A DNA stretch of 64,000 nucleotides, from contig CAUVXB020000002.1 in NCBI GenBank assembly GCA_963555825.3, forward strand, positions 3,168,001 through 3,232,000. The letters are read 5' to 3'. This stretch comes from Alphaproteobacteria bacterium. GTDB lineage: Bacteria; Pseudomonadota; Alphaproteobacteria; JAAXGF01. The position numbers and the translations under genes were made by a program. This document shows, piece after piece, positions 29,912-40,625 of this stretch; the first letter of the stretch is position 1; every line of letters begins with the position of its first letter. The notes beneath the pieces are model-generated. The model was given only the letters and a program-made list of their open reading frames with translations, was not told the origin of the DNA and ran no database searches.

Positions 29912-31085
29912 TACCGCATCCGGCTGATCAGTTCGGATAGATGGTTTTGGGCCACCAGTGGAAGTCGATACGCCCCTTGAAGAGTTCGGGATTGGCATCG
30001 AGAGTGAGGCAGCGCCGGGCGACGACGGCGTCGAGTTCCTCGATGGTCTCGAAGTGTCTGTTTGCGACCGGCTCGTCGAGTACGGGCCAGAGACATTCGG
30101 CCGGTTGCAGCTGGGGCGTATAGGGCGGCAAGTAGACGAGGTGGAGGCCTTCCGGCACCGTGAGGTTCGGCGCCGTGTGCCACCCGGCGCCGTCGATCAC
30201 CAGGATGATGATGCGGCTCTGCCCAGCGCCGGCCTCGCGGGCGAAGAGGGCGAGCAGCTTCTCGAAGAATGGCTTGGAGACACAATTGGAGATGTACCAA
30301 AAGGTCTCTCCGCTGGTCGGCGAGACGAGGGCGGTGACGTAGAGCCATTTGAAGCGGTGGTGGCCGAGCGCCACCGGGCGCATCCCGCGCGGCGCCCAGC
30401 AGCGCCGGGCCAATGGCTTCAGACCGAGCCGGTGTTCGTCGCTGGCGAAGACTTCGATCGGCGTGCCGGGGTGGCGCTCGGCTTCTTCCGCGACCAGGCG
30501 GTGAAGTTTTTTTTAAACGCCTGGCGTTCTTCCTCGCTCGCCGCCCCGGGGTTGTTCGGCCTGGGCACCTGCAAACTCCACTCGACTGCCTTCAGCGCCT
30601 CCCAGCCCCGTTGCGGCGCCACCGTCTCCAAGCCCAGTTCGCCCGCCATCCAAGCCGCCACCTTCGGCCCAGACCACAAGCCGCCGTCCGCCGGCGGCTT
30701 TTTCAGGCGCTCTTTCAACACCGCCAGGACTTCCGGCTTCAGGATCGTCGCCTCGGAGCCGTTCGAGCGTCGACGATCGCCCAGCGACGACGGGCCGAGC
30801 TTGTTGTAGCGAGAAAGCAATTGTTCGAGCCAGCGTTGGCCGAAACTCGTCATCTCCGACACTTCGCGAACCGTATGGCCTTTGGCCAAAAGCCAGATCA
30901 CCTGGAAGTGCCGCGCCTCCGTCGCCTCCGACGCCGAGCGATACCGTCCCTCCAACTCAGAAAGCTGCAAATGTTCCTCGACATGCGCCATGTCCCGCCC
31001 CTCCGCGAATCATGACTACGGATCCTAACCCTTTCCGATTCCAACGGGAATCCGTCGCAACCGAATCATTCAGGCGGAGTCGGTA
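29912..31085 (-). mobile_element. IS630-family insertion sequence (two-ORF, -1 frameshift type)
   Basis: Imperfect TIRs TACCGCATCCGGCTGA / TACCGACTCCGCCTGA, TA ends, and HTH + DDE ORFs inside. Confidence 0.88.
29928..30991 (-). CDS. IS630 transposase (orfA 30991-30419 + orfB, joined by -1 frameshift at the A8 run, 30507-30514)
   Basis: TTT AAA AAA AAC slippery run. The -1 frame reads KLHRL...FASDEHRLG, IDGAGWH and LPPYTPQLQPAECLW. Confidence 0.88.
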
Positions 31086-31530
31086 TTACTCGGGCAGGCC
31101 GGCCTGGCGCAGGCCGTCGATGTAGTGGTCGCGGTCGGCCGGGCTCCTGAACGGCAGGACGGCGTCGATGAATGACACCGAGACATTCGGGTTGAGGTCG
31201 TGGACGCGCGCGAGCACCGCGCGGGCCTCGTCGACGCGCCCGAGATGGGCCAGCGCCGCGGCTTCGTGGGCGTGCAGCCAAAACACGTGGCCCACGCTCG
31301 GCTGGTGTTGGCTCCGGCGCGCCCATTCCACCGCCTCCTCGTGGCGCCGCAGCAGGGTCAACGCGAGGCTCCGCATCGTCATCATGGCGAAGGCCATCGG
31401 GTCGCGCGGGCTGAGACGGAGCGCCTCGTCATATGCGCCGAGCGCTTCCTCGGCGCGGCCGATCAAGGTGAGGTGGTCCCACTTTGTTGGACAGTTTGGC
31501 AGCGCGGTTAAGGTGTATTCCGTTGTTTGA

Positions 31531-32460
31531 TCATGCTGCCAAAATCCTTTTTATCACATCCTGTTGCTGTTGTTGAGCCTGTGGGGATGTGGGCAAGGCG
31601 CGAGCCTTGTCCATCATATCCACAGGTTGACCGGCCCCGTAGGCCTCGGCCGGCGTTTGACCGTCGAGGGACGAATGGGGCCGCTCGGTGTTGTAGAAGC
31701 CGATCCACTCGCCGATGACCCGTTCGGCGTGGAAGCCGTCGGTGAGCTCGTGTAGGTAGACCGCCTCATACTTGAGAGACCGCCACAGGCGCTCGATGAA
31801 GATGTTGTCCATGCAGCGGCCCCGACCGTCCATGGAGATGCGGATGCTCGCGTTCTTGAGCACGCCGGTGAAGTCGAGGCTGGTGAACTGGCTGCCCTGA
31901 TCCGTATTGAATATCTCCGGCTGGCCGTAGCGGGCCAGCGCGTCGCCCAAGGCCTCGGCGCAGAATCCAGCGTCCATGGTGTTCGACAGCCGCCAGGATA
32001 AAACGTGGCGCGTCGCCCAGTCCATGATCGCTACCAGGTACAGAAAGCCACGCTGGACGGGGATATAGGTGATGTCGGCGCACCAGACCCGATTGGGCTG
32101 GTCGATAGCCATCCCTTTGAGAAGATAAGGATAAATCCGGTGCATGGGATGCGGCACGCTGGTTCTCGGCGCCTGATAGATCGCCTCCAGGCCTATCAAT
32201 CGCATCAACCTGCGAACCCGGTGACGGCCGACGCAAACGCCGTCCCGCCGCAACTGGCGGACCATCTGGCGGCTGCCGTAGAACGGGTACTTCATGAACA
32301 ACTCGTCGATCCGACGCATCAGCGCCAGACTCGAAGGGCTCTCCCCCCTGGGCGCATAATAGAACGAGGACCGGCCGATCGAAAGCAGGCGGCATTGACG
32401 GCTCAAGCTCAGCTCGGGGGCGTCGCGTGTGATCATCGCCTTGCGCTCCCCCCGGCTCAT
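31531..32460 (-). CDS. IS3 transposase OrfB (DDE)
   Basis: YGSRQM, WCADITYI, NTDQGSQFTS, DNIFIERLWRSLKYE and YNTERPHSSL. Confidence 0.95.
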   Translation of the reverse strand: MSRGERKAMITRDAPELSLSRQCRLLSIGRSSFYYAPRGESPSSLALMRRIDELFMKYPFYGSRQMVRQLRRDGVCVGRHRVRRLMRLIGLEAIYQAPRTSVPHPMHRIYPYLLKGMAIDQPNRVWCADITYIPVQRGFLYLVAIMDWATRHVLSWRLSNTMDAGFCAEALGDALARYGQPEIFNTDQGSQFTSLDFTGVLKNASIRISMDGRGRCMDNIFIERLWRSLKYEAVYLHELTDGFHAERVIGEWIGFYNTERPHSSLDGQTPAEAYGAGQPVDMMDKARALPTSPQAQQQQQDVIKRILAA

Positions 32461-32738
32461 CGCTTGAGCCCTCTGGCTAAAAAATCCCGTTCCACCGTCA
32501 GCTCGCCGATCTTGGCGTGAAGGTCGCGGACCTCGGATTCATGATCCCGGCAAGCGCGGTTGGCGCCGTTCGAAAACACTTCGCCCAGACCGTCCACCGC
32601 CTGGCGCTTCCAGGCGCTCACCTGGTTCGGATGCACCTTGTGCTTGGCCGCGATCTGCTGGATCGTCTTGTCGCCCCGCAGCGCTTCCAGCGCCACCCGG
32701 GCCTTGAATTCCGCCGTAAACCGGCGTCGATTCGTCAT
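32457..32738 (-). CDS. IS3 transposase OrfA (HTH)
   Basis: RRRFTAEFKARVALEAL...VHPNQVSAWK...ERDFL. ATGA overlap and T-run slippery site. Confidence 0.93.
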   Translation of the reverse strand: MTNRRRFTAEFKARVALEALRGDKTIQQIAAKHKVHPNQVSAWKRQAVDGLGEVFSNGANRACRDHESEVRDLHAKIGELTVERDFLARGLKR

Positions 32739-34291
32739 CTCGTATTCCTCCGTTATCCGGTGGAATACACCTTAGCTCCCTGTCCGATTTTCTGGGACCA
32801 CCTCAAGGTGAGCACGTATCCGCGCCCGTAATGGGCGAGCGCGGCATTGGGATTGAGCGCCACCGCCACATCCTGCGCGTCGATCGCCGCGTCGTGTTCG
32901 CCCAGCATCGTGTATACGCGGCCGAGTACGAAATGGCTGAACGAATCCTTGTCGTCGAGCGTCACCGCCGTCTTCGCCGCCTCGTGCGCCTGGGTCAGCG
33001 TGTCGCCCGGATCCGAGACGAATCCCATCAGCAGCTCGACAAAGAGCGAATAGGCGAGCGCGGCATGGGGTTGCGCGAAGCCCGAGTCGAGCTCGATCGA
33101 GCGGTGGAACATCTCCTGGGCAGTGGCATTCTCTTCCGAGGCGTAATGGTACAGGTGCCAGAGACCGCGCTGGCACCACTCCCAGGCATCCATGTTGTTG
33201 GGCGGCTTGCGCCGCGCGCGCTCGCGCTCGGCGCTCACCAGTTCGGGCTCGATCGCCGTGACGATCGCATGCGTCACCTCGTCCTGGACGGCGAAGATAT
33301 CCTCCAGCTCGCGATCGTAGCGCTCGGCCCAGAGATGCGTGTCATGGGCCGCGTCGATCAGCTGCGCGGTGATGCGCACCCGATTGCCGGCGCGCCGCAC
33401 GCTGCCTTCGACGAGGTAGCGGACACCGAGCCGGCGGGCGATTTCCTTGGCCTCGATCGTCTGCCCCTTGAACGAGAACGACGAGTTGCGCGCGATGACG
33501 AACAGCGAGCGGAAACGCGCCAGCTCGGTGATGATGTCCTCGGTGATGCCGTCGGAGAAGTACTCCTGCTCGGGGTCGCCCGACATGTTGTCGAACGGCA
33601 GCACCGCGATCGACGGCTTGTCGGGCAGCGGCGGCGGCGGCTGACCGATCGGCGTTCCAGCCTCGCCGTCGTTCACGCCGTAGACGCGGACGGGCTTGGC
33701 GATGTTCTTGACGGTCTGCTCGCCGCGGTCGTCGAAGGCGACGTCGAGCTTGCCTTCGACCTGCTCGTAGATGTTCGCCGAGACGCAGACGCCGCCCGGA
33801 TCGGCCAATTCCTGCAAGCGCGCCGCGACATTGACGCCATCGCCGTAGATATCGTCGCCATCGATGATCACGTCGCCCAGGTTGATGCCGATGCGAAACG
33901 CGATGCGCCGGTCCTCGGGCACCTCGGCGTTGCGTTCCGCCATGCCGCGCTGAACCGCGACCGCGCATTCGACCGCGGCGACGGCGCTCGGAAACTCGAC
34001 CAGCGCGCCGTCACCCATGAGCTTGACGATGCGCCCCTGATAGGCGGCGATCTCGGGGTCGACGCACTCGGCGCGGTGGGCCTTCAGCACGGCGAGCGTG
34101 CCGGCCTCGTCGTCGCCCATCAGGCGACTATAGCCGACGACATCCGCGCTCAGGACCGCCGCAAGCCGGCGTTCGACACCCTGCCTTGCCACCCGCATAC
34201 CCCGTGTTCGTTGTTGGGTGCAGTCTACGGAAGCCGTCCAACCGAGTCTAACGACGTGGCGCCGATGCCGGTTGCCGGTTGCCGGTCTGGC

Positions 34292-35215
34292 TCAGTCGTC
34301 GGATACGAGCGGGCCAGGGGCGTCGATCTCCTCGGATCGGTAACCCTGAATGTACAGCAGCGCGGTCAGGTCGCCGTGGTCGATGCGGGCGTCGGCGCTA
34401 GCCGCGACGACCGGCTTGGCGCGGTAGGCGACGCCGATGCCGGCGGCGGCCAGCATGTCGAGGTCGTTGGCGCCGTCGCCGACCGCGATCGTCTCGCTCG
34501 CGTCGATGCCGAGTTCGCTCGCCAGCGCCTCGAGCCGGGTCCGCTTGGCCTGACGGTCGACGATCGGCGCGATCAGGCGGCCGGCGAGCCGCCCGTCGAT
34601 GATTTCGAGTTGGTTGGCGACGACGCTGTCGAAACCGAGCTCGGTGCGCACCCGGTCGGCGAAAAAGCCGAAGCCGCCCGAGACCAGCGCGGCGTGGGCG
34701 CCACCGGCGACCATGGTCGCAACCAGGGCGCGCGCGCCGGGCTCGACGTCGAGCGCCTGGTAGGCGCGCTCCAGCTCGGCGGTCGTCAGCCCGGCGAGCA
34801 TGGCGACGCGTTCGGCCAACGCGGCGGCGAACTCCAGCTCGCCACGCACCGCGCGGTCGGTGATCGTCACGACCGCCGCGCCGACGCCGGCCATCTCGGC
34901 CAGCTCGTCGACGAACTCGTTGGCGATGACGGTCGATTCCATGTCGGCGACCAGGAGCCTCTTGCGTCGGCCGCGAGAGGGCTGGGCGACGACGTCGACC
35001 GGCGCGCCGGCCAAGCGCTTACCGACCGCGGATTGGGCCTGGGCCGGTTCGCCGCCCTCGAAGGCGATGTCGCAGGCGACGCCGGGCGCCAGCCAGTCGA
35101 CGCGGGCCGCGGGCGCCGCGCCGCACTCGCTCAGCACGGCCTGGGCGGCGGCGATCGTGCTATAGTCGATGGCGCGACCCGAAGGCGCGGCGATCAGCGT
35201 GAGGACGTTCGACAT
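34292..35215 (-). CDS. serB: Phosphoserine phosphatase
   Basis: RRKRLLVADMEST, LVSGGF, AVGDGANDLDML and DLTALLYIQGY. Confidence 0.93.
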   Translation of the reverse strand: MSNVLTLIAAPSGRAIDYSTIAAAQAVLSECGAAPAARVDWLAPGVACDIAFEGGEPAQAQSAVGKRLAGAPVDVVAQPSRGRRKRLLVADMESTVIANEFVDELAEMAGVGAAVVTITDRAVRGELEFAAALAERVAMLAGLTTAELERAYQALDVEPGARALVATMVAGGAHAALVSGGFGFFADRVRTELGFDSVVANQLEIIDGRLAGRLIAPIVDRQAKRTRLEALASELGIDASETIAVGDGANDLDMLAAAGIGVAYRAKPVVAASADARIDHGDLTALLYIQGYRSEEIDAPGPLVSDD

Positions 35216-35266
35216 GGCGGCAAGGTATGGAGCCGACGCCGGCTTGGCAAGCCGCCACGGCGCGCC

Positions 35267-36220
35267 GTGAGCGATAGCATCGTCATCCTCGCCGGGCCGA
35301 CCGCGAGCGGCAAGTCGCGCCTCGCCCTCGACATCGCGCGGGCGCACGGCGTCGTCGTCATCAACGCCGACAGCATGCAACTCTACCGCGAGCTGAACAT
35401 CCTGACCGCGCGTCCAGGGCCCGACGAGACCGCCGTCGTCCCGCACCGACTCTACGGCGTGGTGCCGGCTGCCGAAGCATGTTCGGCGGCGCGCTGGCGC
35501 GACATGGCGCTGGCCGAGATCGTCGCCGCGCGCGATGCCGGCAAGCTGCCCATCGTGGTCGGCGGCACCGGGCTCTATCTGCGTGCCTTGACCGACGGAC
35601 TCGCACCGGTGCCCGATATCCCGCCCGATGTGCGCGCCGCGGCGCGCGCTCTGCACGCCCGTCTCGGCGGCGCCGCATTCCACGCCCGCCTCGCCGCGTG
35701 CGACGCGGAAGCGGCGGCACGGCTCGCGCCGGGCGACACCCATCGGCTGATCCGCGCCTGGGAGGTGATCGAGGCGACCGGCGCGTCGCTCGCCGAATGG
35801 CAGCGCCGGCAGACCGGCGACGGCGGGCTCGCCGGCCGGCTCGTGCGTCTCGTGCTGATGCCGCCGCGCGCGGCGCTTTACGAACGCTGTGACACGCGTT
35901 TCGCGGCGATGGTCGAGCGTGGCGTGCTCGACGAGGTGGCGGCGCTCTTGGGCCTCGGGTTGGCGGCCGATCTGCCGGCCATGAAAGCGGTCGGCGTGCC
36001 CGAAATCGCCCGCCACCTCGCCGGCGAGGCCACTCTCGAGACAGCGATTGCTGCGGCGCAACAAGCGACGCGCCGTTACGCCAAGCGCCAGCTTACCTGG
36101 TTTCGCCATCAGATGGTCGCCGACTGGGCCCTGGAGGCGCTCTATCCGGGCGATTCCGACACCGACACCGTGGCGGAGATTGGCCGGTTTCTGGTTGACC
36201 GCCTACCGGCGAGCGACTAG
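35267..36220 (+). CDS. miaA: tRNA dimethylallyltransferase
   Basis: AGPTASGKS, INADSMQLY, VGGTGLY and TRRYAKRQLTWF. Confidence 0.95.
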   Translation: MSDSIVILAGPTASGKSRLALDIARAHGVVVINADSMQLYRELNILTARPGPDETAVVPHRLYGVVPAAEACSAARWRDMALAEIVAARDAGKLPIVVGGTGLYLRALTDGLAPVPDIPPDVRAAARALHARLGGAAFHARLAACDAEAAARLAPGDTHRLIRAWEVIEATGASLAEWQRRQTGDGGLAGRLVRLVLMPPRAALYERCDTRFAAMVERGVLDEVAALLGLGLAADLPAMKAVGVPEIARHLAGEATLETAIAAAQQATRRYAKRQLTWFRHQMVADWALEALYPGDSDTDTVAEIGRFLVDRLPASD

Positions 36221-36345
36221 GTTTCTTGCCTTCTGGCGACGCCTTGGCGGGCGTCGATGGGGGTGCATGCCCTTAATTTTGTATGTGCGTGCGAGCACGA
36301 TTTTTGTGTGCGGCGCAACATGCGGCGCGAGCGGAGGATGAAACG

Positions 36346-38106
36346 GTGGCCAACGGCGAAATGACCGGCGCGGAAATGGTGATCAAGGCTCTGGTGGACC
36401 AGGGCGTTGACGTCGTATTCGGGTATCCCGGCGGCGCCGTGCTGCCGATCTACGACGCGCTGTTCCAGCAGAACAGCCTGCGTCACATCCTGGTGCGTCA
36501 CGAGCCGGCGGCCGTGCACGCCGCCGAGGGCTACGCGCGCTCGACCGGCAAGGTCGGCGTCGTGCTGGTCACCTCGGGCCCGGGCGCGACCAACTGCGTC
36601 ACCGGGCTGACCGACGCGCTGATGGACAGCATCCCCGTGGTCTGCCTGACCGGCCAGGTGCCGACCCATCTGATCGGCAACGACGCCTTTCAGGAGGCCG
36701 ACACGGTCGGCATCACGCGGCCCTGTACCAAGCACAACTATTTGGTCAAGCGTACCGAAGATCTGTCGCGCATCATCCACGAGGCGTTCTACGTCGCCAA
36801 GACCGGCCGCCCCGGCCCCGTGGTCGTCGACATCCCTAAGGACATCGTCATCAACGAAGGAACCTACAAGAACCACGCCGGCGCGGTGCACCGGTCGTAC
36901 CAGCCGACGGTCAAGGGCGACCCGACGCATATCCAACAGGCGGTCGAGCTGCTGGCGAGCGCCAAGAGGCCGATCATCTATGCCGGTGGTGGGGTCATCA
37001 ACTCGGGGCCCGCGGCGTCGCAGTTGTTGATCAACTTCGCGAAGATGACCGGCTATCCGGTGACCCTGACGGTCATGGGCCTGGGCGCCTATCCGGCGTC
37101 CGATCCGCAGTTCCTCGGCATGCTCGGCATGCACGGCACCTACGAGGCCAACATGGCGATGTCCGAGTGCGACGTCATGCTCGCCATCGGCTCGCGCTTC
37201 GACGACCGCATCACCGGACGCCTCGACGCCTTCTCGCAGGGCTCGAAGAAGATCCACGTCGACATCGACCCGTCGTCGATCAACAAGAACGTCCACGTCG
37301 ACGTGCCGATCGTCGGCGATGTCGGTTATGTGCTCGAGGACATGACCAAGTTCTGGAAGAGCAAGCTGCGCCGGCCCGACGCCAGCGCGATCGAGGCGTG
37401 GTGGGTGCAGATCGAAAAGTGGCGCAAGAAGAAGAGCCTTGCCTACAAGAACTCGAAGAAGCTGATCAAGCCGCAATACGCGCTCGAGAGGCTCTACGAG
37501 CACATCAAGGAGCGCGACGTCTACATCACCACCGAGGTCGGCCAGCACCAGATGTGGGCGGCGCAGTTTCTCAAGTTCGAAAAGCCCAACCACTGGATGA
37601 CCTCGGGCGGGCTGGGCACCATGGGGTACGGCCTGCCCGCCGCGATGGGCGTGCAGATCGCCCACCCCGACGCGCTGGTCATCGACGTCGCCGGCGAGGC
37701 ATCGATCCTGATGAACATCCAGGAGATGTCGACCCTGGCCCAGTACCGGTTGCCGGTGAAGGTGTTCATCATGAACAACCAGTACATGGGCATGGTGCGC
37801 CAGTGGCAGGAGTTCTTCCACGGTGGCCGCTATTCGGAAACCTACATGGATTCGCTGCCCGATTTCGTGAAGCTCGCCGAATCGTTCGGCGCCAAGGGCC
37901 TGCGCGCGACCAAGCCGGAAGAAGTCGACGACGTCATCGCAGAAATGATCGAGACCGACTCGGCGGTCATCGTCGATATGGTCGTCGACCCCGACGAGAA
38001 CGTCTATCCGATGATCCCGGCGGGCGCCGCGCATTACGAAATGAAGCTGGGAGCAGGCGACGCCGTCGACGGCCAGCCCACGGAAGACGGCATGGTGCTG
38101 GTTTAG
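36346..38106 (+). CDS. ilvI: Acetolactate synthase large subunit
   Basis: FGYPGGAVLPIYD, TSGPGATN, GMLGMHG, VGQHQMWAAQ and SGGLGTMGYGLP. GTG start after GGAGGA (alternative ATG at 36361). Confidence 0.95.
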   Translation: MANGEMTGAEMVIKALVDQGVDVVFGYPGGAVLPIYDALFQQNSLRHILVRHEPAAVHAAEGYARSTGKVGVVLVTSGPGATNCVTGLTDALMDSIPVVCLTGQVPTHLIGNDAFQEADTVGITRPCTKHNYLVKRTEDLSRIIHEAFYVAKTGRPGPVVVDIPKDIVINEGTYKNHAGAVHRSYQPTVKGDPTHIQQAVELLASAKRPIIYAGGGVINSGPAASQLLINFAKMTGYPVTLTVMGLGAYPASDPQFLGMLGMHGTYEANMAMSECDVMLAIGSRFDDRITGRLDAFSQGSKKIHVDIDPSSINKNVHVDVPIVGDVGYVLEDMTKFWKSKLRRPDASAIEAWWVQIEKWRKKKSLAYKNSKKLIKPQYALERLYEHIKERDVYITTEVGQHQMWAAQFLKFEKPNHWMTSGGLGTMGYGLPAAMGVQIAHPDALVIDVAGEASILMNIQEMSTLAQYRLPVKVFIMNNQYMGMVRQWQEFFHGGRYSETYMDSLPDFVKLAESFGAKGLRATKPEEVDDVIAEMIETDSAVIVDMVVDPDENVYPMIPAGAAHYEMKLGAGDAVDGQPTEDGMVLV

Positions 38107-38120
38107 CCGCGGAGTTCGTC

Positions 38121-38687
38121 ATGGTGCAAGCAAAGGTCGGTGCCCGGCGCACGAATGGCGTGCGGCCGGCACAGGGGGACGTCGTGGAACTTGAAGTCGA
38201 AAGCCACACGATCGCGGTTGTCGTCGACAACGAGGCGGGTGTTCTCGCCCGCGTCATCGGCCTGTTCTCGGGCCGCGGCTACAACATCGACAGCCTGACT
38301 GTCGCCGAAGTCGATGTCGCCAGTCATCTGTCGCGGATCACCGTCGTCACCTCGGGCACGCCGATGATCATCGAGCAGATCAAGGCGCAGCTCGCCCGCT
38401 TGGTGCCGGTGCACAAGGTGAGCGATCTCACGGTCGAGGGACCCCATGTCGAGCGCGAGCTGGCGCTGATCAAGGTCACCGGCAGCGGCGAGAAGCGCGT
38501 CGAATCGCTGCGTATCGCCGACATATTTCGCGCCCGCGTCGTCGATTCGACGAACGACTCCTTCGTCTTCGAGATGACCGGCGCGCCGTCGAAGATATAC
38601 GCCTTCATCAATCTGATGGTTCCCTTGGGCCTGGTCGACGTCTCGCGTACCGGCGTCGTTGCCATCTCACGCGGCGCCGAGCCGTTC

Positions 38688-38690
<3 letters not shown>
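38121..38690 (+). CDS. ilvH: Acetolactate synthase small (regulatory) subunit
   Basis: VDNEAGVLARVIGLFSGRGYNIDSL, ERELALIKV and RTGVVAISRG. Confidence 0.95.
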
Positions 38691-40026
<1,336 letters not shown>

Positions 40027-40057
40027 GCTCTCGGAGCCCGGGCCGGCGGCCCCGCCG

Positions 40058-40552
40058 GTGCGTTATCAGCGGGGCTTCGTCCCCGACGACTTCATGGTGC
40101 CGGCGGTGCTCGAGACGGCGCGCGTCCGCTTGCGGCAACTGACCATCGCCGACCTCGACATCGACTTCGAGGCGGTGACGTCGAGCACAGATTACCTGCG
40201 CGCCAAGCTGGGTCCCGAGAACCAGTGGCCCGTCGGCCTGACCCGCGAACGCGACCTCGCCGACCTCGGCTGGCACGAGACCGAGTTCAACAAACGCGCG
40301 TCGTTCTGCTACACCGTCGTCAGCCTCGACGAAAGCGTCTGTCTTGGCTGCGTCTACATCTATCCCAGCCTGGCCGCCGGCTACGACGCGATGTGCTTCC
40401 TCTGGGTACGCGCGAGCGCCGTCGACGAAGGGCTCGACGGACATCTGTTCGACGCCGTACGCGACTGGCTCGCCGAAACCTGGCCATTCCGCAACGTCGC
40501 CTTCCCCGGCCGCACGATCGCTTGGGCCGACTTCAAGTCGGCGATCGAGTAG
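40058..40552 (+). CDS. GNAT-like N-acetyltransferase family protein
   Basis: FVPDDF.VP..LET, DFEAV, SFCYTV, LGCVYIYP and WPF..VAFPGR. Confidence 0.75.
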   Translation: MRYQRGFVPDDFMVPAVLETARVRLRQLTIADLDIDFEAVTSSTDYLRAKLGPENQWPVGLTRERDLADLGWHETEFNKRASFCYTVVSLDESVCLGCVYIYPSLAAGYDAMCFLWVRASAVDEGLDGHLFDAVRDWLAETWPFRNVAFPGRTIAWADFKSAIE

Positions 40553-40625
40553 GCGAGAGGGCAAGAAGAACCACGCGGCCACATCGAGGTTTGGCGCGGG
40601 GCTCGATTGCCATACAATTCCTACT

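Larger units (their letters stand above)
31469..32805 (-). mobile_element. IS3-family insertion sequence
   Basis: TG...CA ends, TIRs TGAGGTGGTCCCA..., and 3-bp target duplication AGG (31466-31468 and 32806-32808). Confidence 0.95.
31086..34198 (-). pseudogene. Class III adenylate/guanylate cyclase + TolB-like + TPR protein, interrupted by IS3
   Basis: ADVVGYSRLM, GDGAL, FRIGINLGDV, YGDGVNVAARLQ and PSIAVLPF. Removing the IS and one AGG restores ...GYVLTLIGRAEE... in frame to TAA at 31086. Confidence 0.92.

Noticed and set aside
30507-30514. IS630 transposase as a broken pseudogene
   Set aside because: The A8 run after TTT is the usual programmed -1 frameshift site of two-ORF IS630 elements.
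32831-36220. 1129-aa + strand ORF
   Set aside because: Only the last ~317 aa are MiaA. The rest is the antisense shadow of the cyclase and serB genes.
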